Shown in pieces: positions 9,384 to 17,629 of a stretch of 57,904 nt of DNA. Origin of the DNA: an uncultured virus (IMG/VR IMGVR_UViG_3300025121_000022) (lineage: Duplodnaviria; Heunggongvirae; Uroviricota; Caudoviricetes). Numbering within the stretch: the first letter of the stretch is position 1; every line of letters begins with the position of its first letter. The position numbers were made by a program, and so were the translations under genes. The notes beneath the pieces were generated by a model that saw nothing but the letters and a program-made list of their open reading frames with translations, was not told where the DNA came from and did not search any database. Where the stretch lies: the IMG/VR virus record IMGVR_UViG_3300025121_000022; one strand, written 5' to 3'.

Positions 9384-10835
9384 TCAATAATCGTTTAAAT
9401 AAGAAATAAGCTTGTTCCAATCATATGTTTCAACATATGTCTCATAGATTTTATACAAAACTTCTCCCAAAGAAGACATTTTAAAGTTTTTGTCTTGGAA
9501 CTTTGCTTGAAACTCTTTATATAGTTCTTGTTCTTTGCTGCTGTCGTAATTCTCGGGGTCAAAGTTAATTTCGACCATTCTACGAAGCTTTTCGCTCACG
9601 TTGTCGTTCCACCAAACAAAGTCCATAAACTTTTGAAAGTCCGAAAAATTATCCATCAAAAGCTGTCCGTGCAACAAGGCATCACTCTTCAGACGCTCAA
9701 GGTATTCCTCTTCTTTTTGATATTTATTTTGTTCCTGCTCATATCTATCAATCCCAATATCTCCCGGACCTTTGGTGATATTTTTCATGGCTTCCTCAAC
9801 ATTATTTTTATAAGGAGCCAACATCTTATCAAAATTTTCCATTCTTGTCAAGACGTTATTTAAAAGTTGGTCTGGGGATTGCTCTGCTTCTTCGGTAAGA
9901 TTCGTCTCACCTCTAAATTGACCTTTTCGTCTGCTTATTTTCTTTGAAGCCTCCAATAAGTCCTCAACCGTCCTAAATATCTCTGGGGTTAATTGTTCTC
10001 TTGCTGCCCTCAAAAACTCTTCTTGGTCTAAAGATTTATAGTCGTGGTCTCTGGTTCTTTCTAAAATAACGTCTCCATAATTCAAAACCCTTATCAATAA
10101 AGCATCTTCTGCTGTAAAGTATTTCTCGAATACGTCTATAAGATCTTTTTCTTTAATCCCTCTCAGCAGCTTAAGTTCGTTTAATTTCTTTTGTATCTTT
10201 ACAAACTCCAAAATCATTTCTCGTTCTTCGTTGTACCCCGGACGACTGGGTTCTATCCTGCGTGCAATGCTGTCTTTCGTTCTTTCTACATCTTCGAATT
10301 TCTTCTGTCGATCTCTAAAGAAGCTTGTTATCCCACCTACCGCTCTAGAAAAAACTCCCGGTTTCTCGGGCTCTAATTCTGCAGCAGAAACAGGAGGACT
10401 TTTTTCTTTCTTTGTCTTGGCAGGTTCTGGGGCTTCTGGAGCTTTGACAGGCTCGGGTGCAGCAGCCGCAACAGGCTCCTCTGGCTTTTCTTCTTTTGGT
10501 TTCTTGGGTTTGGGAGAGCTTTTCTTCTTTGTTTTCTTGGGCCTAACGGACTCATCACCGTAAAAAGCTTTAGTTACTTTGTTTTCAAGACTATCCCAAA
10601 ACCCCTCATCAATCTGTTGTTCTTCTTCTATATTCTCCTCTTCCACAAGACCAACAACCTTTTTAATCTTGTCTGCAAAAGAAGGGTTTTTCATTCTATC
10701 AAGTTTGTCTTTTCTCGAAGGAACAGAAGATTTTGGAGAAGCTGTTATTATCGGCTCTTGTCCAAGTCTTTTTAATTCCGGACGTTTTTCTTTCATTTCG
10801 TTCAATATTTCTTTAACTATTTCTCTTATCTTCAT
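9384..10835 (-). CDS. hypothetical protein with 'IREIVKEILNE' leader and P/E/K-rich linker (possible internal head protein)
   Basis: 483-aa ORF; low-complexity PEPVKAPEAPEP linker; acidic motifs QQIDE and NLTEE. Confidence 0.6.
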   Translation of the reverse strand: MKIREIVKEILNEMKEKRPELKRLGQEPIITASPKSSVPSRKDKLDRMKNPSFADKIKKVVGLVEEENIEEEQQIDEGFWDSLENKVTKAFYGDESVRPKKTKKKSSPKPKKPKEEKPEEPVAAAAPEPVKAPEAPEPAKTKKEKSPPVSAAELEPEKPGVFSRAVGGITSFFRDRQKKFEDVERTKDSIARRIEPSRPGYNEEREMILEFVKIQKKLNELKLLRGIKEKDLIDVFEKYFTAEDALLIRVLNYGDVILERTRDHDYKSLDQEEFLRAAREQLTPEIFRTVEDLLEASKKISRRKGQFRGETNLTEEAEQSPDQLLNNVLTRMENFDKMLAPYKNNVEEAMKNITKGPGDIGIDRYEQEQNKYQKEEEYLERLKSDALLHGQLLMDNFSDFQKFMDFVWWNDNVSEKLRRMVEINFDPENYDSSKEQELYKEFQAKFQDKNFKMSSLGEVLYKIYETYVETYDWNKLISYLNDY

Positions 10836-10846
10836 TGAATTTTCCT

Positions 10847-11935
10847 CTATATATCCAACTTCAACTTAAAAGAAAGACCTCTACTTTCTTCTTTCTTAAT
10901 TGGAGTAGCCAACTTGGCGATACCAAGTATTTCCCCATATTGATCTAAAACCGCAATCTTAGAAATATATACTGTCTTTTCAAAATCCGCTTCCGCTCCG
11001 TCAAAAGGACTCTTTACAATATTCTTAATAGATAGCTTCTGGTTTTCGGAAAAAGTCTTACTGCCAGAAGTATAAAATTCCGTTTGCCCATGCTCAATAT
11101 ATGTAGCGTTGTTAGAGTGATTTAATTCTCCAGGAGGAGCATGACAATACATCGTAATCACATCGACGTAATTAATTCCTTCAAACTCAACTCCATAGCT
11201 TGAAGATGGAACAGATGCTCCAAAATACTTCCAAGACGGATTATAATTTGTTGAATTGTAATATGGTTCACTGTGATTTGTTGCCAAAGCCCAAGAACCA
11301 GTCAGCAACATAATCCCTTCCGTATATAAAATTACTCCAGCAACAGAACCAGATTGAGAACCTGACGCCTGAACTAATTCTCCTCTTTCGTTATCATACA
11401 GCTCATTAAGAACAGCGCCAGAAGTATAAAACTTTAAAGCAACTGTACCTTTCTTAATGGAACTACCATAAAAAATAGAGGAAAGCTGGATCTCAGATAC
11501 TTGTACTGTAGAATAATCCCCAAGAGTAGAAGAATAGGAACAATGAGGACTAAGATAGCCATAATAATTTATTGTATTCTTGAGAGCATTAATATAAGGA
11601 CGTGAACTGTTTGGAGCATGATTGGTAATCTTTATGGAAGATGTCAAAGGATACGACCCAGTTATCGTTGTCCCATAAGCATACTCATTATATTTTGAAG
11701 TAGATACTGTAGAAAAAGAAGTAAGATTGCCGGTCTTTATGATAAATGGATATATTTTCTGCGCAGCCGTTCTATCTATGTTTTCTTCGTAAAGAGAGAT
11801 AGAGCCTTGAGGTATATTTGAACCTTGCGCAAGATAGTTGTTTAAATACGTTGTTCCAGAATGAACAAAAAATTCATATTTCGGATGAGTCTTTATTCTA
11901 TTTCTGAAAATGTCATTCTCTTTAAATTTTCTCAT
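10847..11935 (-). CDS. virion structural (tail/baseplate) protein
   Basis: S/T/G/Y-rich; C-terminus GIAKLATPIKK...FKLKLDI is paralogous to that of 13373..14419. Confidence 0.65.
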   Translation of the reverse strand: MRKFKENDIFRNRIKTHPKYEFFVHSGTTYLNNYLAQGSNIPQGSISLYEENIDRTAAQKIYPFIIKTGNLTSFSTVSTSKYNEYAYGTTITGSYPLTSSIKITNHAPNSSRPYINALKNTINYYGYLSPHCSYSSTLGDYSTVQVSEIQLSSIFYGSSIKKGTVALKFYTSGAVLNELYDNERGELVQASGSQSGSVAGVILYTEGIMLLTGSWALATNHSEPYYNSTNYNPSWKYFGASVPSSSYGVEFEGINYVDVITMYCHAPPGELNHSNNATYIEHGQTEFYTSGSKTFSENQKLSIKNIVKSPFDGAEADFEKTVYISKIAVLDQYGEILGIAKLATPIKKEESRGLSFKLKLDI

Positions 11936-11962
11936 TTATTTCATGAAAACCCTTATCAAGAC

Positions 11963-12259
11963 CTACTTTTCCTTTATCGTATTGCAAACAGACCAAGGAT
12001 TTTTCTGTGTGCTTTCTGCAATCTTGGCTTTTTGCTCAATATTCTTAACAATTTGTTCAATCTGTTGAACCCAAGAAGAAATTTCATCTCTTGCCTCAAG
12101 ACCGCCGTACTTCAAAAGAGTCTTTAAGTGTCGTCTTGCAGCAAGAACGGAATTATACGCATTCTCAATGTTTTTTTCTGTTTGAGGATCTTGTTGCAGA
12201 TTTTCTAACAGAACTTCTTTTACCACCTCTCGAATCTCTTGAGGAGAAAACTTTGCCAT
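11963..12259 (-). CDS. small protein with 'IREVVKEVLLE' leader
   Basis: 98-aa helical ORF with GGAG RBS. Confidence 0.6.
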   Translation of the reverse strand: MAKFSPQEIREVVKEVLLENLQQDPQTEKNIENAYNSVLAARRHLKTLLKYGGLEARDEISSWVQQIEQIVKNIEQKAKIAESTQKNPWSVCNTIKEK

Positions 12260-12264
12260 TTTTA

Positions 12265-12711
12265 TTACTCTCCCTTGCCGATCAAATCGGCCTTAAATTT
12301 ATCCATCGGCTGATAACGTTGCAACATTCGAACAATCGCCGCCTTTGGAACACCGTGCTTGTTGCGCTTAGCAAGCTCGTCCGCATTCTTGGCCCACGAA
12401 GTATCGGGCTCAACAAACTCAATCTTATAGCCATGAGCAAGAGCCATCTTCACATAAGGCTCGGCCTCCCAAGACTGCGTGTTGGTGTTATCAACAACCA
12501 CAGGAGAAACCCCGCTCTTCAGGGCACCGTACACTCTCTCACGATTCCAAGCATGAGCCTTGGAAAGCTTGCCAGAGTCAAAAAAATACTTACCTCCGAC
12601 CATGAAATACTCATCGGTCGAAAAGATATTCTCCTTCGGAGCCAACTCCAAAGCCTTTGTGGACTTTCCAGAACCAGAAACGCCACGCAGAACGTACATC
12701 TTCCTAGACAT
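12265..12711 (-). CDS. P-loop polynucleotide kinase (AAA_33 / N4BP2-like)
   Basis: LRGVSGSGKST, STDEYF, AHAWN, VVDNTN, RNKHGVP. Likely start MSRKMY at 12711; the ORF track starts at 12777. Confidence 0.85.
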   Translation of the reverse strand: MSRKMYVLRGVSGSGKSTKALELAPKENIFSTDEYFMVGGKYFFDSGKLSKAHAWNRERVYGALKSGVSPVVVDNTNTQSWEAEPYVKMALAHGYKIEFVEPDTSWAKNADELAKRNKHGVPKAAIVRMLQRYQPMDKFKADLIGKGE

Positions 12712-12880
12712 CTTTGCCTTCTTTCTTTTTGTCTTCTTCCGATAAAACATCGCCTTCAAGCGAAGGACCCTTTTCAAGAGGATTTGTCATACCCCCGAAA
12801 GGATTACCCTTTTTCTTCTTTGAACGACCCTTCCAAAGGTTAATAACTTCTTGTTTTACTATCTCTCTTATTAAAGACAT
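12704..12880 (-). CDS. small protein with 'LIREIVKQEV' leader
   Basis: ATG at 12880 after AGGA; 58 aa; its stop overlaps the kinase start (GATGTCTAG). Confidence 0.5.
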   Translation of the reverse strand: MSLIREIVKQEVINLWKGRSKKKKGNPFGGMTNPLEKGPSLEGDVLSEEDKKKEGKDV

Positions 12881-12907
12881 CCTATCCTGTTCTCCCGGAG
12901 AAGTCAA
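12879..12907 (-). promoter_or_regulatory. candidate sigma70 promoter TTGACT-N17-TAGGAT with palindrome TTCTCC-G-GGAGAA in the spacer
   Basis: On the minus strand, -35 at 12907-12902 and -10 at 12884-12879, spaced exactly 17 nt; inverted repeat at 12890-12902. Confidence 0.45.
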
Positions 12908-12922
12908 GAAAAACTTTTCTCA

Positions 12923-12930
12923 ATAATTAG
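12923..12930 (-). promoter_or_regulatory. putative late promoter motif CTAATTAT
   Basis: The same motif recurs in other intergenic gaps. Confidence 0.5.
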
Positions 12931-12950
12931 GCTGAATTAAGTGATTTTGG

Positions 12951-13340
12951 CTATGAGATTTCTTTATTTCCGATAGGAAAAGAGGACAACAAATTACTTT
13001 CTTTTAAAATCCACTTACTCTTGTGAAAAACTATTATATCATTTTTTACTAACTCTGTGAGACATTTTTTATAAAAGCTGTAAAGCTCTTGCAAAAGCTC
13101 AAAGGAAACAAAAGGGTAAAGACCTTGAGATTTCTCTGTTATTAGAGCTTGAAGATTCTGGTAATCGGGAGCGGAGAGTATCCTGACAACTTGAACGATC
13201 TTTTTTCTTTCCTCTTCTTCGCAATAATAGTCCGTTATCTTGAAAATAAGTTGATAATTAAAGTTTATTTCTGTCGCGGTTTTATCCCCTTCCGCAAAAA
13301 AGAGAGCAACGTTAAATTTGGGGATTTTGGGAGATTTCAC
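12951..13340 (-). CDS. hypothetical protein
   Basis: 129-aa AT-rich ORF filling the gap, GTG start. Confidence 0.55.
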   Translation of the reverse strand: MKSPKIPKFNVALFFAEGDKTATEINFNYQLIFKITDYYCEEEERKKIVQVVRILSAPDYQNLQALITEKSQGLYPFVSFELLQELYSFYKKCLTELVKNDIIVFHKSKWILKESNLLSSFPIGNKEIS

Positions 13341-13372
13341 TTTCGTAAGTGCTTGAAAACATTAAGAAAAAC

Positions 13373-14419
13373 TTAAAAATCGATCCGGAGTCGAATTATT
13401 TGTTCTGTGTCAGAAGTTTTCTTTAAAGGCGTAGAAATCTTGCTCACAGCCAGAAGTTCGTTATCCGGCGAATAAAGACCAATGCCTGTGTAATATGCTA
13501 CCGGAGCATCTGCCGCAACATTCTTTGTGCGAATCTTTGACCCGGAAAGATATGTTGGGTTTGAAGAATAGTTAAATGAACCATGATCCATTCTACAAAA
13601 CACAACAGTAGAATTTAAGTCTGTAGTGTTGTTGAAAGTAATGTTGTTAATTCTATATCTTAGCGCAGAAGCAGCAGCGTCTATGGTGCCTGTAGAAAGA
13701 TAATAATTTACTCCTCTCGTTGAAGAATCCATTTGAACACCAACACTGCCGTTCACAGAAGAAGTCATAAAAATCTTTTCAGCATTAAGCACCGCAACAC
13801 CAGCCTGGTAAAATAAAAGACCAACCGCAGTAGAACCACTGTTTAGAACACCATATTCTCCAGCAGGAGAATTAACGAAATAACTTGTTTCGGCGCCAGA
13901 GTCTGTAATCAAAACGTTTCCATAATCACCACCTCTCGGTGTTGCATATGTACCGCTCAAAGCGAGGTACATGTTAAAGGAACCTTTTTTAATTTCGTCT
14001 TTGACCAAAAGTCTTGAGAAACAAAGAGCATAAGAACCAGTAATCTTTGTTCCGCCCGCCAGAAGATTTCCGTCTTCATCAAAATCTAAAATACTTCCAG
14101 TTGCATCGTGTCCCATCAAAACCTGAGCAAGAGTATCATACATATTCATCTTTGCTGTTGCCAAAGAATCCGTACCAATTAAGTTGTGGTACGTGGAACC
14201 AGAAGAAAGACACAAAGTAATATCAAAAAGATGATTAGCAGAAGCCGAAGCATAGTTATAATCCCATACTCTTTGATATCTTCCATGCGAAGGACTTTCG
14301 ATGTTTGTACCGCTATAACTGCCGCTAACAAGCGTACCAGTGATAGGTACAGATTCGTGAAGTAATGTATGTGTCGTCACAATGTCATTACTTGTAAGCT
14401 GTTTATAAATTTGTGCCAT
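13373..14419 (-). CDS. virion structural (tail/baseplate) protein
   Basis: S/T/G-rich; IKKGSF, GLLFYQAG, FNYSSNPTY and C-terminal LLAVSKISTPLKK...IRLRIDF are shared with 10847..11935. Confidence 0.7.
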   Translation of the reverse strand: MAQIYKQLTSNDIVTTHTLLHESVPITGTLVSGSYSGTNIESPSHGRYQRVWDYNYASASANHLFDITLCLSSGSTYHNLIGTDSLATAKMNMYDTLAQVLMGHDATGSILDFDEDGNLLAGGTKITGSYALCFSRLLVKDEIKKGSFNMYLALSGTYATPRGGDYGNVLITDSGAETSYFVNSPAGEYGVLNSGSTAVGLLFYQAGVAVLNAEKIFMTSSVNGSVGVQMDSSTRGVNYYLSTGTIDAAASALRYRINNITFNNTTDLNSTVVFCRMDHGSFNYSSNPTYLSGSKIRTKNVAADAPVAYYTGIGLYSPDNELLAVSKISTPLKKTSDTEQIIRLRIDF

Positions 14420-14442
14420 TTATTCTTCTCCGTATTAAGAGC

Positions 14443-15333
14443 TTATACTTTCTTCAAAAACCGTACTGGAATATCTACACTATAGCCGGTGGTCGCACCA
14501 GTAATTCTAACGTTTGCGTCAATGTAATAATAACCTGCCCAGCTACCAGTACCAGTTGTACCTATTGTAGTAAAAAGATAAGTGCTGGAGTTCAATTCGA
14601 TTGACGCCTGAAGCTTGAACTCTAAAATTGTTCCTCTTGGACCTGAAATAACTTGTGAGTCTTTGCTATCAGTCGTTTCGTTCTTTCTTACAAACTTAAC
14701 ATCGTTGCCAAGAGTCAAAAGATATGAAGCGATGTTGTCGTCGTCGATATAAGAAACAGCAGCCTGCTTAGCATCGTTCTTATCTACAACATATCCTAGA
14801 CGATTGTCTATTTCAATAATATATTGAGTCTCAACTAAAGACGGTTCAAGACTAAAAGTAGGAGGTATCTCGGTAGTATCTAGACCCTGATCTACTCTTA
14901 CGATGCCACCACCAGAACCCGGTGTATAACCATACAAAAATCCTTGCACACCAGCAAAATCCGTCTCTGTATCTTCGTCCACAGCGACCACATAACTACC
15001 AGAAGCGTGTTTTTTAGAAGCCGCATCTTGATCGTTCTGTTTAACTATAGGGAGATACAAAAGATTTGTTCTGTTGTAGCTAACCAAGAAAGACTTTGCT
15101 ACCGACGTATTGTTTGTAAAGGCTTCAAATACCGGAGTAGTCAAAAGCTCTACATCAACATAAGATGAACCAGACGCATGCGATTTATCATAATCGTTGT
15201 AATCTATTTCATCATCAAAAACAGCAAACTTTGCAATCTTGAAGGTTCCGTCCGCTCTAGCAAGCCTCTTACGGCCAGCATCGGTCAAAACAGCGTCAAG
15301 AATAATGTTACCAGTGCTAGATAAAAACGCCAT
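14443..15333 (-). CDS. virion structural (baseplate-associated) protein
   Basis: N-terminus ILDAVLTDAGRKRLA...KFAVFDDEIDY, of the type seen in tail-fibre/baseplate N-termini; GGAG RBS. Confidence 0.7.
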   Translation of the reverse strand: MAFLSSTGNIILDAVLTDAGRKRLARADGTFKIAKFAVFDDEIDYNDYDKSHASGSSYVDVELLTTPVFEAFTNNTSVAKSFLVSYNRTNLLYLPIVKQNDQDAASKKHASGSYVVAVDEDTETDFAGVQGFLYGYTPGSGGGIVRVDQGLDTTEIPPTFSLEPSLVETQYIIEIDNRLGYVVDKNDAKQAAVSYIDDDNIASYLLTLGNDVKFVRKNETTDSKDSQVISGPRGTILEFKLQASIELNSSTYLFTTIGTTGTGSWAGYYYIDANVRITGATTGYSVDIPVRFLKKV

Positions 15334-15378
15334 TAATTCTCTCCTCTTGAGATTTTCTTAAAAAGGGTCTCACTCCCT

Positions 15379-15386
15379 CTAAATAG
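15379..15386 (-). promoter_or_regulatory. putative late promoter variant CTATTTAG
   Basis: Lies in the intergenic gap upstream of the structural gene starting at 15333. Confidence 0.45.
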
Positions 15387-15404
15387 TGAAGAAATCAAAG
15401 AATT

Positions 15405-17627
15405 TTATTTATTCTCCTCTATTTTTGTCGTATTCCGATCAAATCTCGGAACAAAAGATACATTAAAATCTATCTTTCGATTAGATTGCTTGCTAACAAT
15501 ACGAATTTTAAAGGTTTTCCCCCAAACAGAATCTTCTGTTACCCCCAAAACGATATCTTTTGCTGCAAACCCAGTTTCAACTCCAGAAAGGCCGTTTTTT
15601 TCAAGATCCACAAGCACCTGTTTCAACGAGGGAACCATATGAAGCTTTTTCCTGAAGGAAATACTCTTCTGTCTTTCAGCGGTTTTCTTCAATTCAACAC
15701 ATTCTGTTAAAAGCCAAACAGTACCACCATCATCTACCATCTCAACTTGAAAAATTGGACTCGGATTGGACACATGGCTATGCACATCCACAGTCCTAAC
15801 CACATAATAATATTTCTTATTTGGCTCAATTTCATCTTTGAAAGTAGCAGAGGTCGCTTTGTCGTTGGTTATAGACGAAATTGAAGTAGAAACCCTAGAA
15901 ACTCTATTGTTTCTGAAGTCTTCATATTTTTCTGGATGCTTTTCAATTCTATAAATGTCAAAGAGCACAACATTATCATCCGACGAATACGTGATTTTCT
16001 CTTCTTTCTCAGGAATTTCCTGAACTTCTCGCATTTTTCTTTCTTGCTCTTCGTCGGAAATCTCCAAAATCACAGGTTTTTCTTCTCTTGTGCCCAAACC
16101 GCCGTTCATAACAATAGAAACTCTGTTATTTATGTCCTTATAGGGCCAAAAAACAACCTCTGGAGAAACGGGCGGAGCGTCATAAACCATTAGTTCCTGT
16201 TCAAAGTAGGGAACCTCTAAAATTCTCACAACAGTCTCATCTTGCACGCAAATTCTTCCACTTGTACCGTTATTTTGAGCATCAAAAAACTTGTATTTTG
16301 TACCCAAAACGAATTGATAAGCATATACTTTGTATTTGTATCTCTTTGCATACTTTACTTGAGTGTCTACAAACTTTAAAATGTCAATTTTGTTGCTGTT
16401 TGGCAAATAATAGTTCTGTATTACCCCTTCGCTATCTGTTTTTTCAATACGATAGAGGATGGTCTCAGAGGGAGCTTTCTGTTTATTAAAGACGTCCAAA
16501 AAGCTTCTTGCTCTGTCTTTTAAAATGTATTCTATTTTCTTCGCAAACAAAAACAAAGACACAGAAAAATTTAGTTTATATTTAGGATCTGCAAAAATCC
16601 CCTCTCTAAACGCTCTCTCGCTTATGTAAGACGTTGTGTCTGTTTCTTTCCCAGAAAACGTTCTAAATATCTCATCTTCCACGTCGCCATCCAATAAGCT
16701 TTTTAGAACGTCAAACCAAACCATTATGTTAAAAGACCTTAAATTAACGTCTTGGCCACTAATCTTCATTCTCTGATTCGTAAAAAAATTACCAGTTTCG
16801 ACACAAGAAGAGATATTAGACATTAAAATGTTCATAAGACCCGTTTTTGCCAATAGCTCTGCCACTTCAGTCGACACATCTGTTGAAAAATCAACAGAAT
16901 TAAACATAGGGAAAGACCATTTATCTGTTTCCCTAGACATAAATCCTTCTATATCTGCAAGAGGAAAAATTGTGTTCTTGTACATGTCGCCAACAATGTT
17001 TGCCGCTTCTGTTAAAGCATAAGATGCAATCTTCTTCTTGTATAAATCAAAATATTCTCCAGTAGGGTTCTTAACTTTGTACTCAATATTTTTTGAAAGA
17101 GTAATCAAAGCTTCAAATCTTTTATTTACCTTGGAAGAATAGCTGTGAATATCAAACACATAAGAATTTGGCAGCAGTCTTTCCGGAACAGACTCTATTG
17201 CTGTTTCATATCCATCTACAAAGAAGTTATATTGTGACTTCGCAGAATAATAGTACGGAGAAACAACATTTGATGTGTCCTTCTCTGTAACCCTTTGCGG
17301 TCGAGGCAAAACAAAGTCAAAATTATAGTATTCTTGATTAAAAACTATTGAATTCAAAAATGAAGCCCAATCAGCATATAAAAAGTCTTCTCCACTTCTA
17401 AATTCACTCTTTGGTAAGACATCATACCACTTACAAACCTCAAAAGCTGTTTGCGGGCCGGGCTCTACCATGGTAACAGTTTGGATATTAGGAGTTGTTG
17501 TAATCCCTATCCCGGAAGGAGCAACCGGCTCCCCCGAATCGTTCAACGCAATTGGTTCATCTTCAGAACGATATTCGTCTAATATGATAGAAGGAATTCC
17601 AGGTTGGAGATTGTTCTTTTTATCCAT
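15405..17627 (-). CDS. putative structural protein with FnIII-like beta domains
   Basis: FVDTQVKYAKRYKYKVYAY and FKDEIEPNKKYYYVVRTVD...SNPS patterns; lies in the tail operon. Confidence 0.55.
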   Translation of the reverse strand: MDKKNNLQPGIPSIILDEYRSEDEPIALNDSGEPVAPSGIGITTTPNIQTVTMVEPGPQTAFEVCKWYDVLPKSEFRSGEDFLYADWASFLNSIVFNQEYYNFDFVLPRPQRVTEKDTSNVVSPYYYSAKSQYNFFVDGYETAIESVPERLLPNSYVFDIHSYSSKVNKRFEALITLSKNIEYKVKNPTGEYFDLYKKKIASYALTEAANIVGDMYKNTIFPLADIEGFMSRETDKWSFPMFNSVDFSTDVSTEVAELLAKTGLMNILMSNISSCVETGNFFTNQRMKISGQDVNLRSFNIMVWFDVLKSLLDGDVEDEIFRTFSGKETDTTSYISERAFREGIFADPKYKLNFSVSLFLFAKKIEYILKDRARSFLDVFNKQKAPSETILYRIEKTDSEGVIQNYYLPNSNKIDILKFVDTQVKYAKRYKYKVYAYQFVLGTKYKFFDAQNNGTSGRICVQDETVVRILEVPYFEQELMVYDAPPVSPEVVFWPYKDINNRVSIVMNGGLGTREEKPVILEISDEEQERKMREVQEIPEKEEKITYSSDDNVVLFDIYRIEKHPEKYEDFRNNRVSRVSTSISSITNDKATSATFKDEIEPNKKYYYVVRTVDVHSHVSNPSPIFQVEMVDDGGTVWLLTECVELKKTAERQKSISFRKKLHMVPSLKQVLVDLEKNGLSGVETGFAAKDIVLGVTEDSVWGKTFKIRIVSKQSNRKIDFNVSFVPRFDRNTTKIEENK

Positions 17628-17629
17628 TT

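Noticed and set aside
15360..15380. Possible terminator GAGGG-AGTGAGA-CCCTTTTT on the minus strand
   Set aside because: The stem is short and weak and lies immediately downstream of a putative promoter; not supportable.
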